A stretch of DNA of 64,000 bases from assembly GCF_006345805.1 (NCBI RefSeq), contig NW_021835993.1, positions 124,001 to 188,000 of the forward strand. The letters run 5' to 3'. Positions 36,859-49,860 of the stretch are shown in pieces. Under the pieces are notes generated by a model. That model ran no database searches. It saw only the letters and a program-made list of their open reading frames with translations, and was not told the DNA's origin. Origin of the DNA: Octopus sinensis. Taxonomy: Eukaryota. The position numbers and the translations under genes are program-made. Position 1 is the first letter of the stretch. Each line of letters begins with the position of its first letter.

Positions 36859-37704
36859 CTAAATCTGCCTGCGAGGACTACTGCGGGCATAAGCAATCAA
36901 AACTTACTCTGCACGACCATAACTTGCATTCCTCCTACGAATATATCAAATACACAGAGAATACACATATCCCCCATCACTGCAATTAAACAACAACCAC
37001 CAACCGACTTGGCGAATCACGGACTTTCCTCTCACTTCGGTCATACCATCTACAATAGAGAACTTGAATAACCTGAAATCACCACGGAACTGCCTCTCTG
37101 CTGATCTAAGACACACCAATTCATTATTTAGGAAGGAAACGCTAATATGGCACAGCAGACAACCTCCACCCCCCACAGTCGCGAGCAAAGTGTCCCCGAT
37201 TGCCACAATTATAACACCGCATGTCCAATCCGGGCTTCCCCCTCCCCTTCGTCCGCGGTTTGGCCACAGTCACTCGAATTCGACTCGACTTGATGACTCT
37301 GCACATATTCAGACAATACTCACGCCCCGTCCAGACTGATCATTGCTTCCGTCGCGTCCTCGTCCGTCCGGAAAATGACAAAACCAAAACACGGAGGGGA
37401 CTTGGCCACCCAAACGTCTTCCACATCTCCGTACACTTTGAAGGCAGTTATTAAATCCTTTTCTGTTATTTCCGGGCCGAGGTCGCCGATGTGGAGACGG
37501 TTTTGCGGATCTTCCTGAGGGAGGTCCTGAAACCGTTCCTTGCTGGTCGAACGACTGCGATTTGTCCGTCTTCGTCCGCTCTCTTCGTACCAGACTGGGG
37601 AACACCCGTGCTTTCGGGTTGAATTAGACTTGGATTGCTGAGGAGATACAGGGGGTGACATTATCACTAATAAATTGTGTAATTAGACCACCTTCATCCA
37701 CCAT
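36859..37704 (-). CDS. SRSF7: SR-family splicing factor, SRSF7/9G8-like (RRM plus CCHC zinc knuckle), copy 1
   Basis: RRM LHIGDLG...VWVAKSPPCFGFVIF...EAMISLDG; after a 25-nt intron, IRVTVAK...CYNCGNRGHFARDC. The 3' exons and stop are tentative. Confidence 0.75.
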
Positions 37705-37956
37705 GACAAAATGTTTCTTAGATATTTAAATTAATTTATTAATTAACGGATATAATTAGCAAAATTAAGTATCAATGTTTAAAATAATTGTTTTATAAAA
37801 TCTCCACCCAGATTCTGTAGGCATCTCCAGCGTTTCCGACCGTCTTGAAGACTCCCCTTACCTTCTTAAACCATCGCATCGAAGCCAATTACTGTATTTT
37901 AAATGGTGAATTTATAAACGAGCAGTTGCCTAGAAACGTAATCAAGCCAAGACGAC

Positions 37957-39148
37957 ATGGCTACAGAATCCTACGACACAGATCTGGAGAACATGAACGG
38001 TACACTTTTTGTTACATTTTAGGCAGCCAGTCTGAGGAGGGCAGAGAGGAAATGGAACCCGAGGGAGAGGAGGAAGAAAAAGACGTATGACTGTACTCTG
38101 ACTGATAGACTGAGGCCGTCCCTCTGTCTCCCTCCATTCTGGGAGAGGGCCTTTCCCTCATCAACAAAGTGTCCGACGGGTTCGCCCATGCCTATGTCCG
38201 CTTGTCACTCAGAGAGAGGTCACCCACTCACTGACTTGTAGGAGTCTGAATAACTTGGAGGGCATTCAGGGGTTCATCCACCTTCGATTCGTCGACCTTT
38301 CGAATAACTACATCAAAAGTCTGCAGCCGTTAGAGAATCTGACCACTCTGCTTGTCCTCAACTGCGACAACAACAAAATCACATCCATCGATCTGCCACC
38401 ACTCCAATTCCTGCAAATCCTCAGTCTCAGCAACAACAGAATCAAGTCGACAGAGGGACTGAACTTCCCCCTCTTAGAACAACTAATACTCAACGGTAGC
38501 TCGTCGAATGTAGTCCAGACAACGACATCACGGAGATTAGAGGACTGGACCCCACCATTTTCTCGAGTCTCCACTCCCTCGAACTGAGAGGAAACAAAAT
38601 TGCATCGACCGGAGGAATCAATCTCCCGAACTTGAGGAATCTGTACTTGGTATTTGAAGGGTTCCAATGTAGGCTGCCAACAGACTGACTGACCTGACCG
38701 ACGTGGATTGTCTTTCCAGTTTGCAGACCCTCCATCTGAGGGACAACAGTCAACTGAGCAACTTGAATGGATTGTCGGGGTCACTCTCTTCTCTCCATAC
38801 CCTCAATTTGCGGTTTGCTCGAATGTTCATGTCAGATCGACTGACGTGTCCACTTTCGCAGAAATAGTCAAATTGGAACAGCTTAGAGCACTAAAAAAAC
38901 TAACGCTTAGCGGTACCCCAAACTTGTTTATTTTCAGAGACCCCAATCGCAAGCGAGCCTACTTACCGTGCGGAAGTCCTCTCCTACATCAAGAGTCTTG
39001 CGACGTTGGACAAAGACAATATAACCGAGGACGAGGTTTTGGAAGCCCAGGAAATCAGGAATCTGAGAATGGAGGAGGACGCTCTCTCAGAAGTCATAAT
39101 ATTTCTTTATTTGGTTAGACCGAGCCACCTAAGGACATTGAGGCATGA
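37957..39148 (+). CDS. LRRC23: Leucine-rich repeat-containing protein 23 (motile-cilium radial-spoke associated), copy 1
   Basis: Acidic N-terminus, GEGLSLINKVSDGFAHAYVRL, FIHLRFVDLSNN, LRR repeats, C-terminal LATLDKDNITEDEVLEAQEIR. Confidence 0.85.
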
Positions 39149-39927
39149 CACATTCTCAAATCAAACTAACACGTTTTAAAGTAATAAAATTAGTTCAGTT
39201 GAGGAGAGTCCCCTTTTGAAGAAAGGAAACGTTCTCCTTCAATTAGTAGTGGCCCACACTTGGTCATAAACAGGTCAATTAATTAGTCTTTTGATGAGAC
39301 AAATCAAAGCATTTGTTTACACTTGTATTATATTGTTCAGATTAAGGTTATTTATGATTGTTCTAATTATTCGAGTTGTTTAGGCTAAATTTCTTTAGAA
39401 TTAATTTGAATTGACGTTAATTTATTTGTTGGAATAATATATAATGACTCATAAAAATGGATCAGCTAATAAAATTAATGCAAATTCCATTAATTATACA
39501 TTTTAATTATGTGTCGATCTTTGTAATTACAATTTGAGATTTGCTGTAGGTCAGGTGATAAAGAGACCATTTTCTGGCACATTGGTTTCGTGACATTGTG
39601 AATTTATCGCCCAATTATGGTTGTCTAGCAATACCCAAAACAATGCCCGAATTTTATAATATCAAGGAATCGAGCCGTCAATCAGTCTGCTTCCGCAAAC
39701 CGCATGGGAGTTACTGAATATTGGTTTATGGTTTCGATTTGGCAAAAGCAACCCTCATTTGAGGAGAGAAGCGGAAGGCATCAATTCATGATTAATTGGA
39801 AACATTTCAAAGAAAACTCGCATTGTCGTGCTGTCAATACATTGCCATTGGCGTTAATTGCGTTTCTCGCTTTCGAATAAGCACTCTGCGCGTTCGCGTG
39901 ATTTGAATATTGTTTTTTCTTCCTCTC

Positions 39928-42305
39928 ATGTGGTATATCTTTCTCCTCTGTCCTTGTTTCTCTACGGCAGTCCTAGTCTACTCCGTCCGGGAGGAGTTGC
40001 CAGTCGGCACCGTCATAGGCAATGTCTTTGAGGATCTTCGACTCGAAAATTCAGAATCTAGCCAATTAACATATGGAATATTCGAGAACTCTGCGGCAGG
40101 AGATCTTTTTGAAATCGACAAAACTGGAAATTTGATTACACTGGAAAGAATCGACCGGGAAGGAGTTTGTTCAGGATCTGCTGACGAATGTTTTGTTTTT
40201 CTTAGAGTTCTCATCGGTTTTTCGAATGGCAGGACCAACATTGCCGATTTAAAGGTGAAGATAACGGATATAAACGACAACAACCCGACTTTCGACCCTC
40301 CCTCCCTTACTGTTGATGTCCTAGAGTCGTCTAATATTGGGGAATTGATCCCAATCAAGTCCGCTGAGGATCGTGACTCCAAAGAATATGGAATCACGGA
40401 GTACAGAATTCTGAACAAATCAGAAATTCCATTTTCTCTGAAAAAGAGGGAAACTCATTATATTTGGAGTTGTTGCAGAAACTTGACCGTGAATCTCATC
40501 AGTCTTACTTTTTCGAAATTGTCGCCCAGGACAGTGGAGGGCAAGTGGGAGTGTTGAACGTGACGGTTAATATTTTGGACGAGAATGACAATGTCCCCAC
40601 TTTTGTCCGCCAGATTTTCACGTTTTATGTTTCGGAAAACGCGCCTGTGGGGTATGTCGTAGGCCGAGTCGAGGCCACGGACCCCGATGAAGGAATAAAC
40701 GCACTCATTCACTACAAAGTCGACTCTCGTGCCAACCCGAAAGTTGCAAAATTTTTCCAAGTCGATCAAAACTCTGGGAAGGTGATTTTATCGGCAAGAC
40801 TCGACTACGAGAAGATAAACTACTTTGAATTTCCAGTGGTGGCCTACAATCCTACGAAAAGTGGGATGCAGGCCACAGCATACATTTCTGTGTTCGTGGT
40901 CGATTTCAACGACAACAAGCCCCAGATTACCCTTCTTGGGAGCAGCACTCTTTCTGTCGCAGAAAATAGTCCAGATGGGACTGTTATCGGGAATTTGTTT
41001 GTTTCGGATGCCGACTCTGACTCAAATGGGAAATTCGAATGCACCGTCAACGACAATCGATTTAAACTAGCAACTTCAAGATCTGGAGGACTCTTGCTTA
41101 TAAAACGTGGCACTTTAGACAGAGAAGAGTCGGATAAAATCGAAATGTTAATAATTTGTCAAGACAAAGGTGTACCTACTTTATTCTCTTCTGAAAAGCT
41201 TGTGATTGAAATATTGGACTCGAACGACAATCCGCCAGTATTTGAACAAGCCTCTTATACTTGCTACGTAATCGAAAATGCAATTATTCAAAATGCAATT
41301 CTCAATGTAAAGGCGACAGACATTGATGCAGGAGTAAATGGAGAAATCAAATATTTTCTGAAGAATGGGACTCAATTCGGTTTTTCGATTGACCCAGACA
41401 GCGGGGATGTCTATCTCGGAACAAGTCTCGATCGGGAGTCACAGTCTTCCTACAGTCTAGAGGTGGTAGCAGTCGACGGAGGAGTGCCGCAGTTGTCTGC
41501 CTCCGTCATTCTACAAGTGTGGGTGGTTGATCAAAATGATTCGCCACCCGAGTTCGAAAGGCGCGAGTACTATTTCCGCGTCTTGAAAAATACACCAATC
41601 GGAGAGAAAATTGGCTCAATATTTGCATTGGATCCTGATTTGAATTCCCAGACCGAATATTCGATTGATTCTGCTTACTTCCAAGTGGACAAAAACACAG
41701 GAACTATTTATTTGAACAGGCCTCTCCGCAAGGCCTTCTCACATGAAGCAACAATAACCGCGACGGACGTCGACAAACCCAATTTGATAGACACTGCCAA
41801 GATCGTAGTAAATGTGTTCGAAGAGAATCCTCCCGAAATACTGTTTCCCAATTCCCAGCAAAATCATTTTCCCCTGAACTGTCGTGCCTCGGTCGGCACC
41901 CAAATATTTCGAATTACAATACGTGACCCTATTCTGGGCCCACTTACTTATGAAATTGACGAACCTGAATATTTTTCAGTAAACAAAACAGGTTCAGTCA
42001 GGCTGGCAAAAAGTCTGGACTTTGTGGGTGCTGTCGAATTCTCCATTAAAGTGACCGACAGTGGAATTCCTCCGCTATTCTCTATAACCAATGCAACTGT
42101 CCAAGTTATGTGCGAGACGCCATTTCTCTCCACAAATTCACTCAACCTGATGGCGGGGATCCTCACGATTATTGTTTTCGGAATGGTGATTCTCGTCCTT
42201 GTGTTTTTACGGAAAAATGCGATTAACAAAAAACCCAGTGAAATGACGAGTTTCCTTGCCACTCAAACTCCGCAATTTCCAGTTGTCAGACTGCAAATAT
42301 TTTAG
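39928..42305 (+). CDS. Protocadherin with seven cadherin repeats and a TM segment in one exon; 1-nt deletion at about 40458 in this copy; short 3' exons possible
   Basis: Signal peptide, VYSVREELPVGTVIGNV, repeated DRE/DxNDNxP motifs, paired Cys in EC1, TM LMAGILTIIVFGMVILVLVFL. Confidence 0.92.
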
Positions 42306-42835
42306 ATTTTGATTGACAACGGGGATGTCGGAAGAAACCAAAAAACCAAACTAAATTTGCCCAAAAAATCGGAAATAGGTATTTGCTCATTTTAGTTTCA
42401 TGCAACACCTGATTTATGTCCCAATTAGTTATAGTGCATTAATAATGTGTATTTCATGTTTGGCAGATCTTCAACTGGAGTCGTGGACCAGGAAAAAGGG
42501 AGAAATTTTAAAATCTGTGATCGTTTAATTTGAAAATCATTTTATTTTGAAATTAATAAAATCGATGGCGATAGGGCTTTAATGCAATGAGTTGATACGT
42601 GTTTGTTTATATTCAGTGTTTGCTATCACAAATAACTGGATACATAAATAAAACCCTATCCTTATATTGAGACTTGCTGTTATTTTGCGTAACTACTCAG
42701 ATTTACCTTTTCGTGATACAAAAAACCGGACTCCAACTTTTGTAATATTTTTTGTAATTGAATTTATTAATATTTCACTAAAGTCTAAAAACAATTATTT
42801 AAAAAATAATACTTAATAAAATAAATGACTAAATA

Positions 42836-44645
42836 ATGAAGTTGTGTTTTGTGTCTTCCTTATTATCGAATAATAAAATTGTGTTTTTTAATTTAAACAT
42901 TTCAGACCAATTTACGACATGGTTGTTTTAGCCAAAAAAGCAACAGAGCTACGGTTTTCTCAGGATTGTTAACCAAAAGAAACTTATCCGTGGGAATCAT
43001 TTGTGGAACACTCGGAATTGTGTGGGCCTACAACGATGTTATTCAAAATTATACTAATTCTGACTATTTGAACAACACCCCGCTTGCAAAACTCTCCAGT
43101 AACAAATCAATCGACAAAAGTGGACTTATCCACGAAAAAACTCAGGAAATATCACGTGAGGAGCTCAATTCAGTGAGTCTGAGTATATCCGAGGCCGAGG
43201 ATTCAGTGGCCTGCCTCGATGACCACAACGAAGCCTACAAAAACATTCTCATGGAAGATCCAAATATCAAGGATTTGGTGAGAGTTTTGAGGAATCGTCG
43301 ATCTGCCATGACTGAGGCAGCGGGGAAACTCAAAGCTGCCAGGTCCAGTCACATATTTTGTTGTAGGATTTGCTGTGCCAATTACTCGACCAATGGGGAG
43401 AAATGTGGGGGAGTTGATATTTCGGGACTCCAAGACAAACTGGCCACCATTCAGCAGTCGGTCTCCCCTTTCAATTTTATTTTAGTTTGTGAAAATAAGG
43501 TCAGATGGGATTGAGTTGGAAAACAAGTTATCGCAAAAGTCGAGGGAATATTTGTGTTCTGTCATAAATGGGAGTCATCCAGACTCTTCTCTTGTGGAAG
43601 AGGCCCTCCAATTAATGTTGAGTCTGCAAATCCAACAATCCACCGATGGCTGCACTGTGGAGTCCAGACTGGCCAGCAAATTAGCAAAAGACGCCAGAAA
43701 TCTAAAAAACGAGCGAGACAAGTCACTAAGAAGAGTGAATGAACGGGAGGTGGAGTGTTTCAGTCAAAGAAGGAAGGAATTGACCGAACAAGCAGATTTC
43801 ACGTTCAGAAAGGATTTGAGAGAAATGAAAGAGGAGATAGAAAGTTCAGCCAATGCACAACTGCCCATAACTCTACAAAGAGAAGAAATCACTCTGAGGA
43901 AATCAGGGGAGGTGTATTTACAGGATCGGGCGTCTGAACGGGATGAGTTGTGTAAAAATGAATTGAATGGGAGAGAAAGCCTATTGAGACGGGAGGCATC
44001 TCTCATGGCAGGTGATGAGGCAGTTTTGTTATACCAGAGAGGGCTCGAATGAGAGGTGAGACAATTGACTGGCTCAAATTGACGGGGATATGCAGCAGGG
44101 CTATTAGGGGGTTGCACTCTGATAGAGAGGTGTATGAATTGGTCCACTTGGGTTTGATATTGCAGGCACTCGAGGAAATGGTTAATGCAACGTCGGACGT
44201 CCCTTTTGCCGACACTGTTCTGAGGTCGATTGGGCCAGAACTGCACACTTATAAAGAGGTGGAGGAAAGGTAGTTCGTGTGGAGTAAACTTGTAGTTTCT
44301 GGGCCAAGAGTAGAGCTAGTTGGAGAGTTGCTTCACTAAATACGAGATTTGGGTTTTTTGAGTATATGATTGGGGGTGGTGGAGTCGTTCATTGTGGTGG
44401 AGTATATTACGGATGTGGAAAATGTAAGGGAAGGGGACATGTATGGGCATCTGGCATGTGCTAGAGAGTGCATGAGGAGGGGAGATATTGCGAGTGCAGT
44501 CAGGATATCAGGAAATATGATAGGGGAGGCTGGGTTTGTCATGGCTCCTTGGGTTGAGCAGGCTGTTAAGTTTCTGGAGAGGAAGCAAGCACTGACTAAT
44601 ATTAATGCATATGCTCGAATGTGTGTGCTGAGTACTGTTGATTGA
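42836..44645 (+). CDS. IMMT: MICOS subunit Mic60 / mitofilin
   Basis: Basic Ser-rich presequence after a 25-nt intron, TM SVGIICGTLGIVWAY, long coiled-coil, C-terminal RGDIASAVR...PWVEQAVKFLERKQALTNINAYA mitofilin domain. Confidence 0.75.
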
Positions 44646-44819
44646 TATATTTTATTCCTTTCTTTTAATATACTAATTCTCCATGACCCACTTTGAAAAC
44701 AGTCGAACACGGCTTAAATCAAATCTCACGTGGATAAGAGGTGGAAATTAAATGCACAATTACTTAAAATGATCAAATCTAGCATTTAAAATTGTAAAAT
44801 CTATAGCTTGAAATAATGA

Positions 44820-46270
44820 TCAATGACAGCCCGCTGTGTATTGAGTGGTACTTTCCGCGTAGCACGGGTCGACATTGACTCTACTTTTTTGTGCCTTTGA
44901 TAATTCCGTCAAATCACTTGCTAAATTTTTTTTAATTATCTTACGTTGAATGTGAGTTATTCTGCCAGCACTCTTCTTGCATTTCCATATTGCAAATAAT
45001 TTTATCTTCAAATCTTTCAATTTTTTCGGATTTTGCAATAATTTAGTCTTCATCATCGACCAATCATGCTTAATCGGATATCGATGTTTATTGGCACCGA
45101 TCGTGTCAAGCGTATAATTTTCTGTTAGGAATCTTTTTTGGCCATCCTAGGCCCAGTAGATTGCGTAGTTGTTTTCTGTGAAACGTGTCCATTTTATGTA
45201 ATGTACATTGCAGAGGTTAAAACTCTCCGGTACATCATGTCCTCACTATCACCAAGTAATGATCCTAATTTCTTTTTTTTCCTCCAATTTTCATCAATAT
45301 ATTTCGATTCCTTTGCGATTCTTACATGTTCAGTCTTTTCTTGATTAACGTGCAAACACCATCTCTCAAATTCGTTGGAATTTTCTTCAAAACAGATGCA
45401 AGTCCCTGATCATTTTCTGGCACAAAGTCTATGTCGTCTGCATATACAATTTCCATCGGCATCGATCCTTCTTACTTTGTTCTGAGATCTCTCAGTGCTG
45501 TCTTCGGTTATACTATTAATAGAACCGGAGATAGGGTTCCCCTGAGGTGTTCCAATTGTTGTTTCGATAGGATTTGATAACTCGGTTGTTTAATTTTTTA
45601 ATTGCCAAGTCAGTTTCCTTTGGGGATATTGCTAAGTTCAGACTTCTTGGTGATTTGTCAAACGGTTCAAGGGTCGAGGTATCATTCTTGTTTAAAAGGC
45701 CTGAAAAATATTCGTCAATAATCCCAGTTTTTTCTTTATTATCCAATACATTTCTTCCTTGACTGTCGTGTACACTCCTTTCTTAGGTTGCACTCCTCTC
45801 TGCAAAAGGCGAGCAGCACGAAACATTTTCGTTCCGTATCTCATCCTCTCAATTTCACTGACACTTTCATGTATTTTTCTGACATAAATTTCCTTCTTCC
45901 TTTTTTGATCTTCCTGACAGCACAACTCCTTTCTCTTCGTAGCACGTTATAAGTATCAGGATCTGTGGTAGATTCCATTTTGAGTCTTATTTTCTTCTGT
46001 TTATCGGATAAAAGTTCAATTTCCTTATCGAATACTCCTTTGAATCCGGACGGTTTTTTTCCCAAGCACATATTTTCTTTATTCCTTCAGCCACTGAATC
46101 CCAAACCACTGCAGGGGGATTTTCCATATTTACGTTCATAATTTCTTTCTTAATTGCCATACAATAATTTTCGCGAGTCTTCTCACATAAACATAATTGT
46201 TCCACCATAAAACGGTTTGTACTGATTTTTTTCTTTTGAACTCCATCTATTCCAAAGTATCTTTTCATTC
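44820..46270 (-). mobile_element. Decayed, internally deleted LINE ORF2 (linker plus RT)
   Basis: VWDSVAEGIKK, AISPKETDLAIKKLNN, GTPQGNPIS, YADD at 45444-45433, ERWCLHVNQEKTE, KKLGSLLG; many stops and frameshifts. Confidence 0.85.
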
Positions 46271-46379
46271 TGAATCTTACAACAAGCAGTTTATAATTTG
46301 CCCACCTGAGATCAAAACACCCGAATCTGTGTCTTGCACGCTCAACCCATCAGAAGATGAAATCAACTTCTCAATTCAA

Positions 46380-46670
46380 TCTTTTGGCGAAAGCACCTGC
46401 GGCGGACTTGATGGCCTCCGCCCGGGGCACATCAAGAACTTCACCTCTCCCTCAACTGGCGAGGCAGGCAACTCTCTGATATCCGCTATAGCCGCTCTAA
46501 TCGGCAAGATACTGAACGGGGATATCCCGCCGGATTGGACAGAGGGGACGGCAAACGCCCGGATGGGATGACTACCTCCCCATTCCGCTCACCTCATGCT
46601 TCATGAAAAACCTGGTACGGGGATCTTGCAAGGTGATTTCCTATTGCCCCAAATTATTTGTTTAGTAAGT
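46380..46670 (+). mobile_element. Fragments of other non-LTR RTs (CRE/R2-like and GILQGD pieces)
   Basis: GGLDGLRPGHIKN...LISAIAALIGKILNGDIP and GILQGDFLLPQIICL. Confidence 0.6.
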
Positions 46671-46925
46671 AGACATAATTATTCTCGGAATTCAACCGTT
46701 AAAAAAGATAGCTAAACTAATTAATGGCCTCGCGAGACACCCGGCCAGGCTAGCGAATGGCGAAGCGTTCCCTCGGATCACAGCAATCGACAGACGTTCC
46801 AGGAGCCCATGTAGCGGGTAAAGTTAACCCAATTGGCATGGTTGTAGTCGTATGGGGACTGCTTTTCTGAAAGTGGATTTGACTTGGACTTGACTATTGA
46901 CTATGGTCCCTCTCTAAGTCGTAGA

Positions 46926-47440
46926 TTACCTTCGATTAGTCAATGACACCAGGTTAGCAAAGCAAAGAGTCAGGTCGGGAAAAGTAAGTTTGTCCTTTCT
47001 CTTGTGTAGGGTTCTTGTGTTCAAAGACAGATTGTTGAGAATGACGAGGTTATCAAGTTGCTCAAGCAGGGACTTTCCTCTCGAGTCAAGTGTTTGTGAC
47101 TTAAGCCACTGCGGGTGCTTTGCATTCAGGTTCCCGCAAATAAGAAAGTTTTCAAGCTTGTCAACCGGGAGGAAATCTGAGTAAAGCTTTTCGGGCATAA
47201 TCCAATTGGTGGAATGTACATATTGCAAATAAGTTAATTTCCAACTAGAGTAGGTATGGTAATTGCAGAAGCCTCCAGGCATCCGTTTCGGTTAAGTTTA
47301 GCGTTAATGAATGCAGAACTTTCCTGGTAGTTGATATCCTTCTTAATGAGGGTCATAAGACCGGTTCCGCAGTCATAAGACTTCTCAGAAAAATTACCAG
47401 CATCGTTAAAAGTATCGAAGAAACCTCTTACGCAGACCAT
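46926..47440 (-). mobile_element. LINE apurinic-like (APE/EEP) endonuclease fragment, frameshifted
   Basis: GLMTLIKKDI, LEASAITI, LICGNLNAKHPQW, SRGKSLLE, LVILN, FPDLTLC. Confidence 0.8.
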
Positions 47441-47811
47441 TTACATTGTTTTTAGGCTTTAATATTTGTTTTAATATTTTAACTAAAATTTTGCGAGCTT
47501 TCTCTCATCATCTTAGGCTCTAAAAATGTCTTTGTTCATTAAGCATGTTATTCCCTCTCAGTTTTGGCGGGTACATTGGTCAAGAGATATATGATTCCTG
47601 CTTCCGTTTAAAATTTCAAACAACACCAAACATTAAACAGAAAAATAAAGAACATCCAGAAGCTCCAGAAAACAAATTTCTCGGTGCGCTCTCTGACAAA
47701 AAGAAAGCACCAAAACCAATGACGCAATCGACAATACAACTTGAATGTTTAATCATATCCCTTCTTACCAATAAAAATCCTGAAAATGGAAATTTTATTT
47801 AATAGATATAT

Positions 47812-49860
47812 CTACTCAATCTCGGAGGGTTTCTGATTTAAAAAACACCCACTCAGTGTGAGAGCCGAGAGGAAGAGAATCCCCGATCCAATATAAAAAG
47901 TAGTGGTCACTCCGATAGACTCGACAGATTTGCCTAAAATAAGACAAAGCATCCACCAAATCCAATAATCCCCAAAATGTAGCCAATCCCCTTAATAAAC
48001 ATGTGAATTGTCAAGGCGGGTGTGAGTTTCCTTATTCCAAGCACATTGCAGAATATCAGGGAAGGGTTGTAGAAAATTGCACCTAGCAATGACCATTTGA
48101 AAGTCAAACCATAGCAAAGTCCATACGCCAAACAGACGAGGACCATTGCAGGCAAAGACCCTCTCAGAATGGGCATGAGGAGTAGACTAACAAATATCAA
48201 GTAGAATGCCGCCCGGTTATATGAAAACACGTCTACTAATTTCCCGACTATGAAGCCACTGACAAGTCTGGAAACCATTCCACCGATGCCTAAAGGTAAT
48301 AATGAGATAATTACCCATAACCGATATGAGGATATCCCCGTGTTTGCAGGCATCGTTTGTAAGCTGAATCATAAATAAATAAGGTATCAAAACGACAAAG
48401 AACATGATAAAAGAGGCCACGTAGAATCGCACAATAAAATTTGAATTCCAAATGGACCTGTCAAAAAACATATCAGTCCTAGGACGGTTATGGATGACAT
48501 CATCCAAAGAGGGAATATTGATAAGACTGCGTATATCATGTTCGTTGTGAATAACTCCCATTTCCTGTAAACTTTGTCGACTTGCAACGTGAAAAAGTTC
48601 CAATTTGTTAAAAGGACTCAACACAATTCGTTTAATCCACTTCACCAATAGTTTTTTGGCCTTTTCTGTCACGCACTCAGAAACATTCTTTTGGACAAAT
48701 TTTGTTCTAAACAAATCGCCTTCACTTGCACTGATTAATGACTTGTCCGCCACTTTGTTCTCCATCAGGCGAATGAGTCGACTTAACAGTTCTGGGAAGT
48801 TGTTGCTGTCTCGCCGTATTGCTCTTATTTTGCTGTACGTACTTCCCTCACATGTGGTAGAGATGGCAGTAAGACAAGAAATGTTTCCATGAGAATATTC
48901 CGGCCTTTCCATCTTTTTCTGACAAGTCGTCAGTCCGCTTATGATCTTGTCGGCAATCGATTTGGTAGGTTTAGCGAGGAATGGGTGACTGGGAATGTCT
49001 CCGAGTGACCAGTGGTATGTCCTACTCTATTTAACTAAAATTCACGTTTGATGTTGAAATGAATTTTCTGTTTCCAGACTTTCAATTGAAGAGGAGACCA
49101 ATTTTATTGACTGGTGAGGGGAGAGAATTTCGAGCTGTTTTGCTTGTTCGGGTAGAGAGAGTGGTTTCATTGCGAGAGAGGCAGGAATAGAGAGTGTTAC
49201 CAGTGCTGCCACTATGAGAAGAGTGCCAGTCCAGTTATATTTGTGAAGAGCACTCGATAGGAGGACAGGGAAGACACTCGAACCAAAACTAGACCCCATG
49301 CTCGAAAGTCCCAAAGCTATTGGTCTCCGTCGATCAAAGTAGAAGCCCACCATGACCTGGGCACTGAGTGATAGTGTGCAGAAAGCAATCCCTAACATTC
49401 ATAAACATGGCCTCACCCGGAAATATTCCTAGAGTGAAAAACAGGATGACAATATTTGATACAAAATATGAAGAAATAAAGGCAGCGGACGCAAGAACTG
49501 CAGATAGTAAGCAGATCGGCCGCACTCCGAAACGGTCGAGAAGAAATCCAATCAAAGGTCCTGGTATAGGGGGTTGGATCGAACCTGAGGCGTATGTGAG
49601 GGAGTACATAATCGAAATAATCAAGGATACTGTTGAAAGAGACACATCGAAGGTGGTTTTAATTTTGGAATTAATACTCCAATTCCACCGAGAATTCCGT
49701 CCACAATCGTATTGAAAATGAATGCTGCGGACACAATCACCCATCCCCACCCTCCGTCAGGTGGAAGGGGAAGAGATACCATATTTGCTATAAGTTCCCG
49801 TTCTAATTGAAATTCTTCTGGAAACTGCAGCTGTCCAATTTCATCGAACGTGTCTTCCAT
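47812..49860 (-). CDS. SLC16A: Monocarboxylate transporter family (MFS, SLC16)
   Basis: PPDGGWGWVIV, GFLLDRFGVRP, YFDRRRPIALGLSSMGSS, multiple TM segments; last exon ends QKPSEIE*. Confidence 0.9.

Noticed and set aside
39978-40418. Long antisense ORFs in the track (for example opposite the protocadherin, GALNT, LRRC23 and GAK)
   Set aside because: Shadow frames of real genes on the other strand, with no independent motifs.
46720-46830. GC-rich patch with CTCGC and GGCGAA suggesting an HDV-like ribozyme
   Set aside because: P1/P2/P3 pairings could not be built; the minus strand reads GSWNV, more like LINE endonuclease debris.
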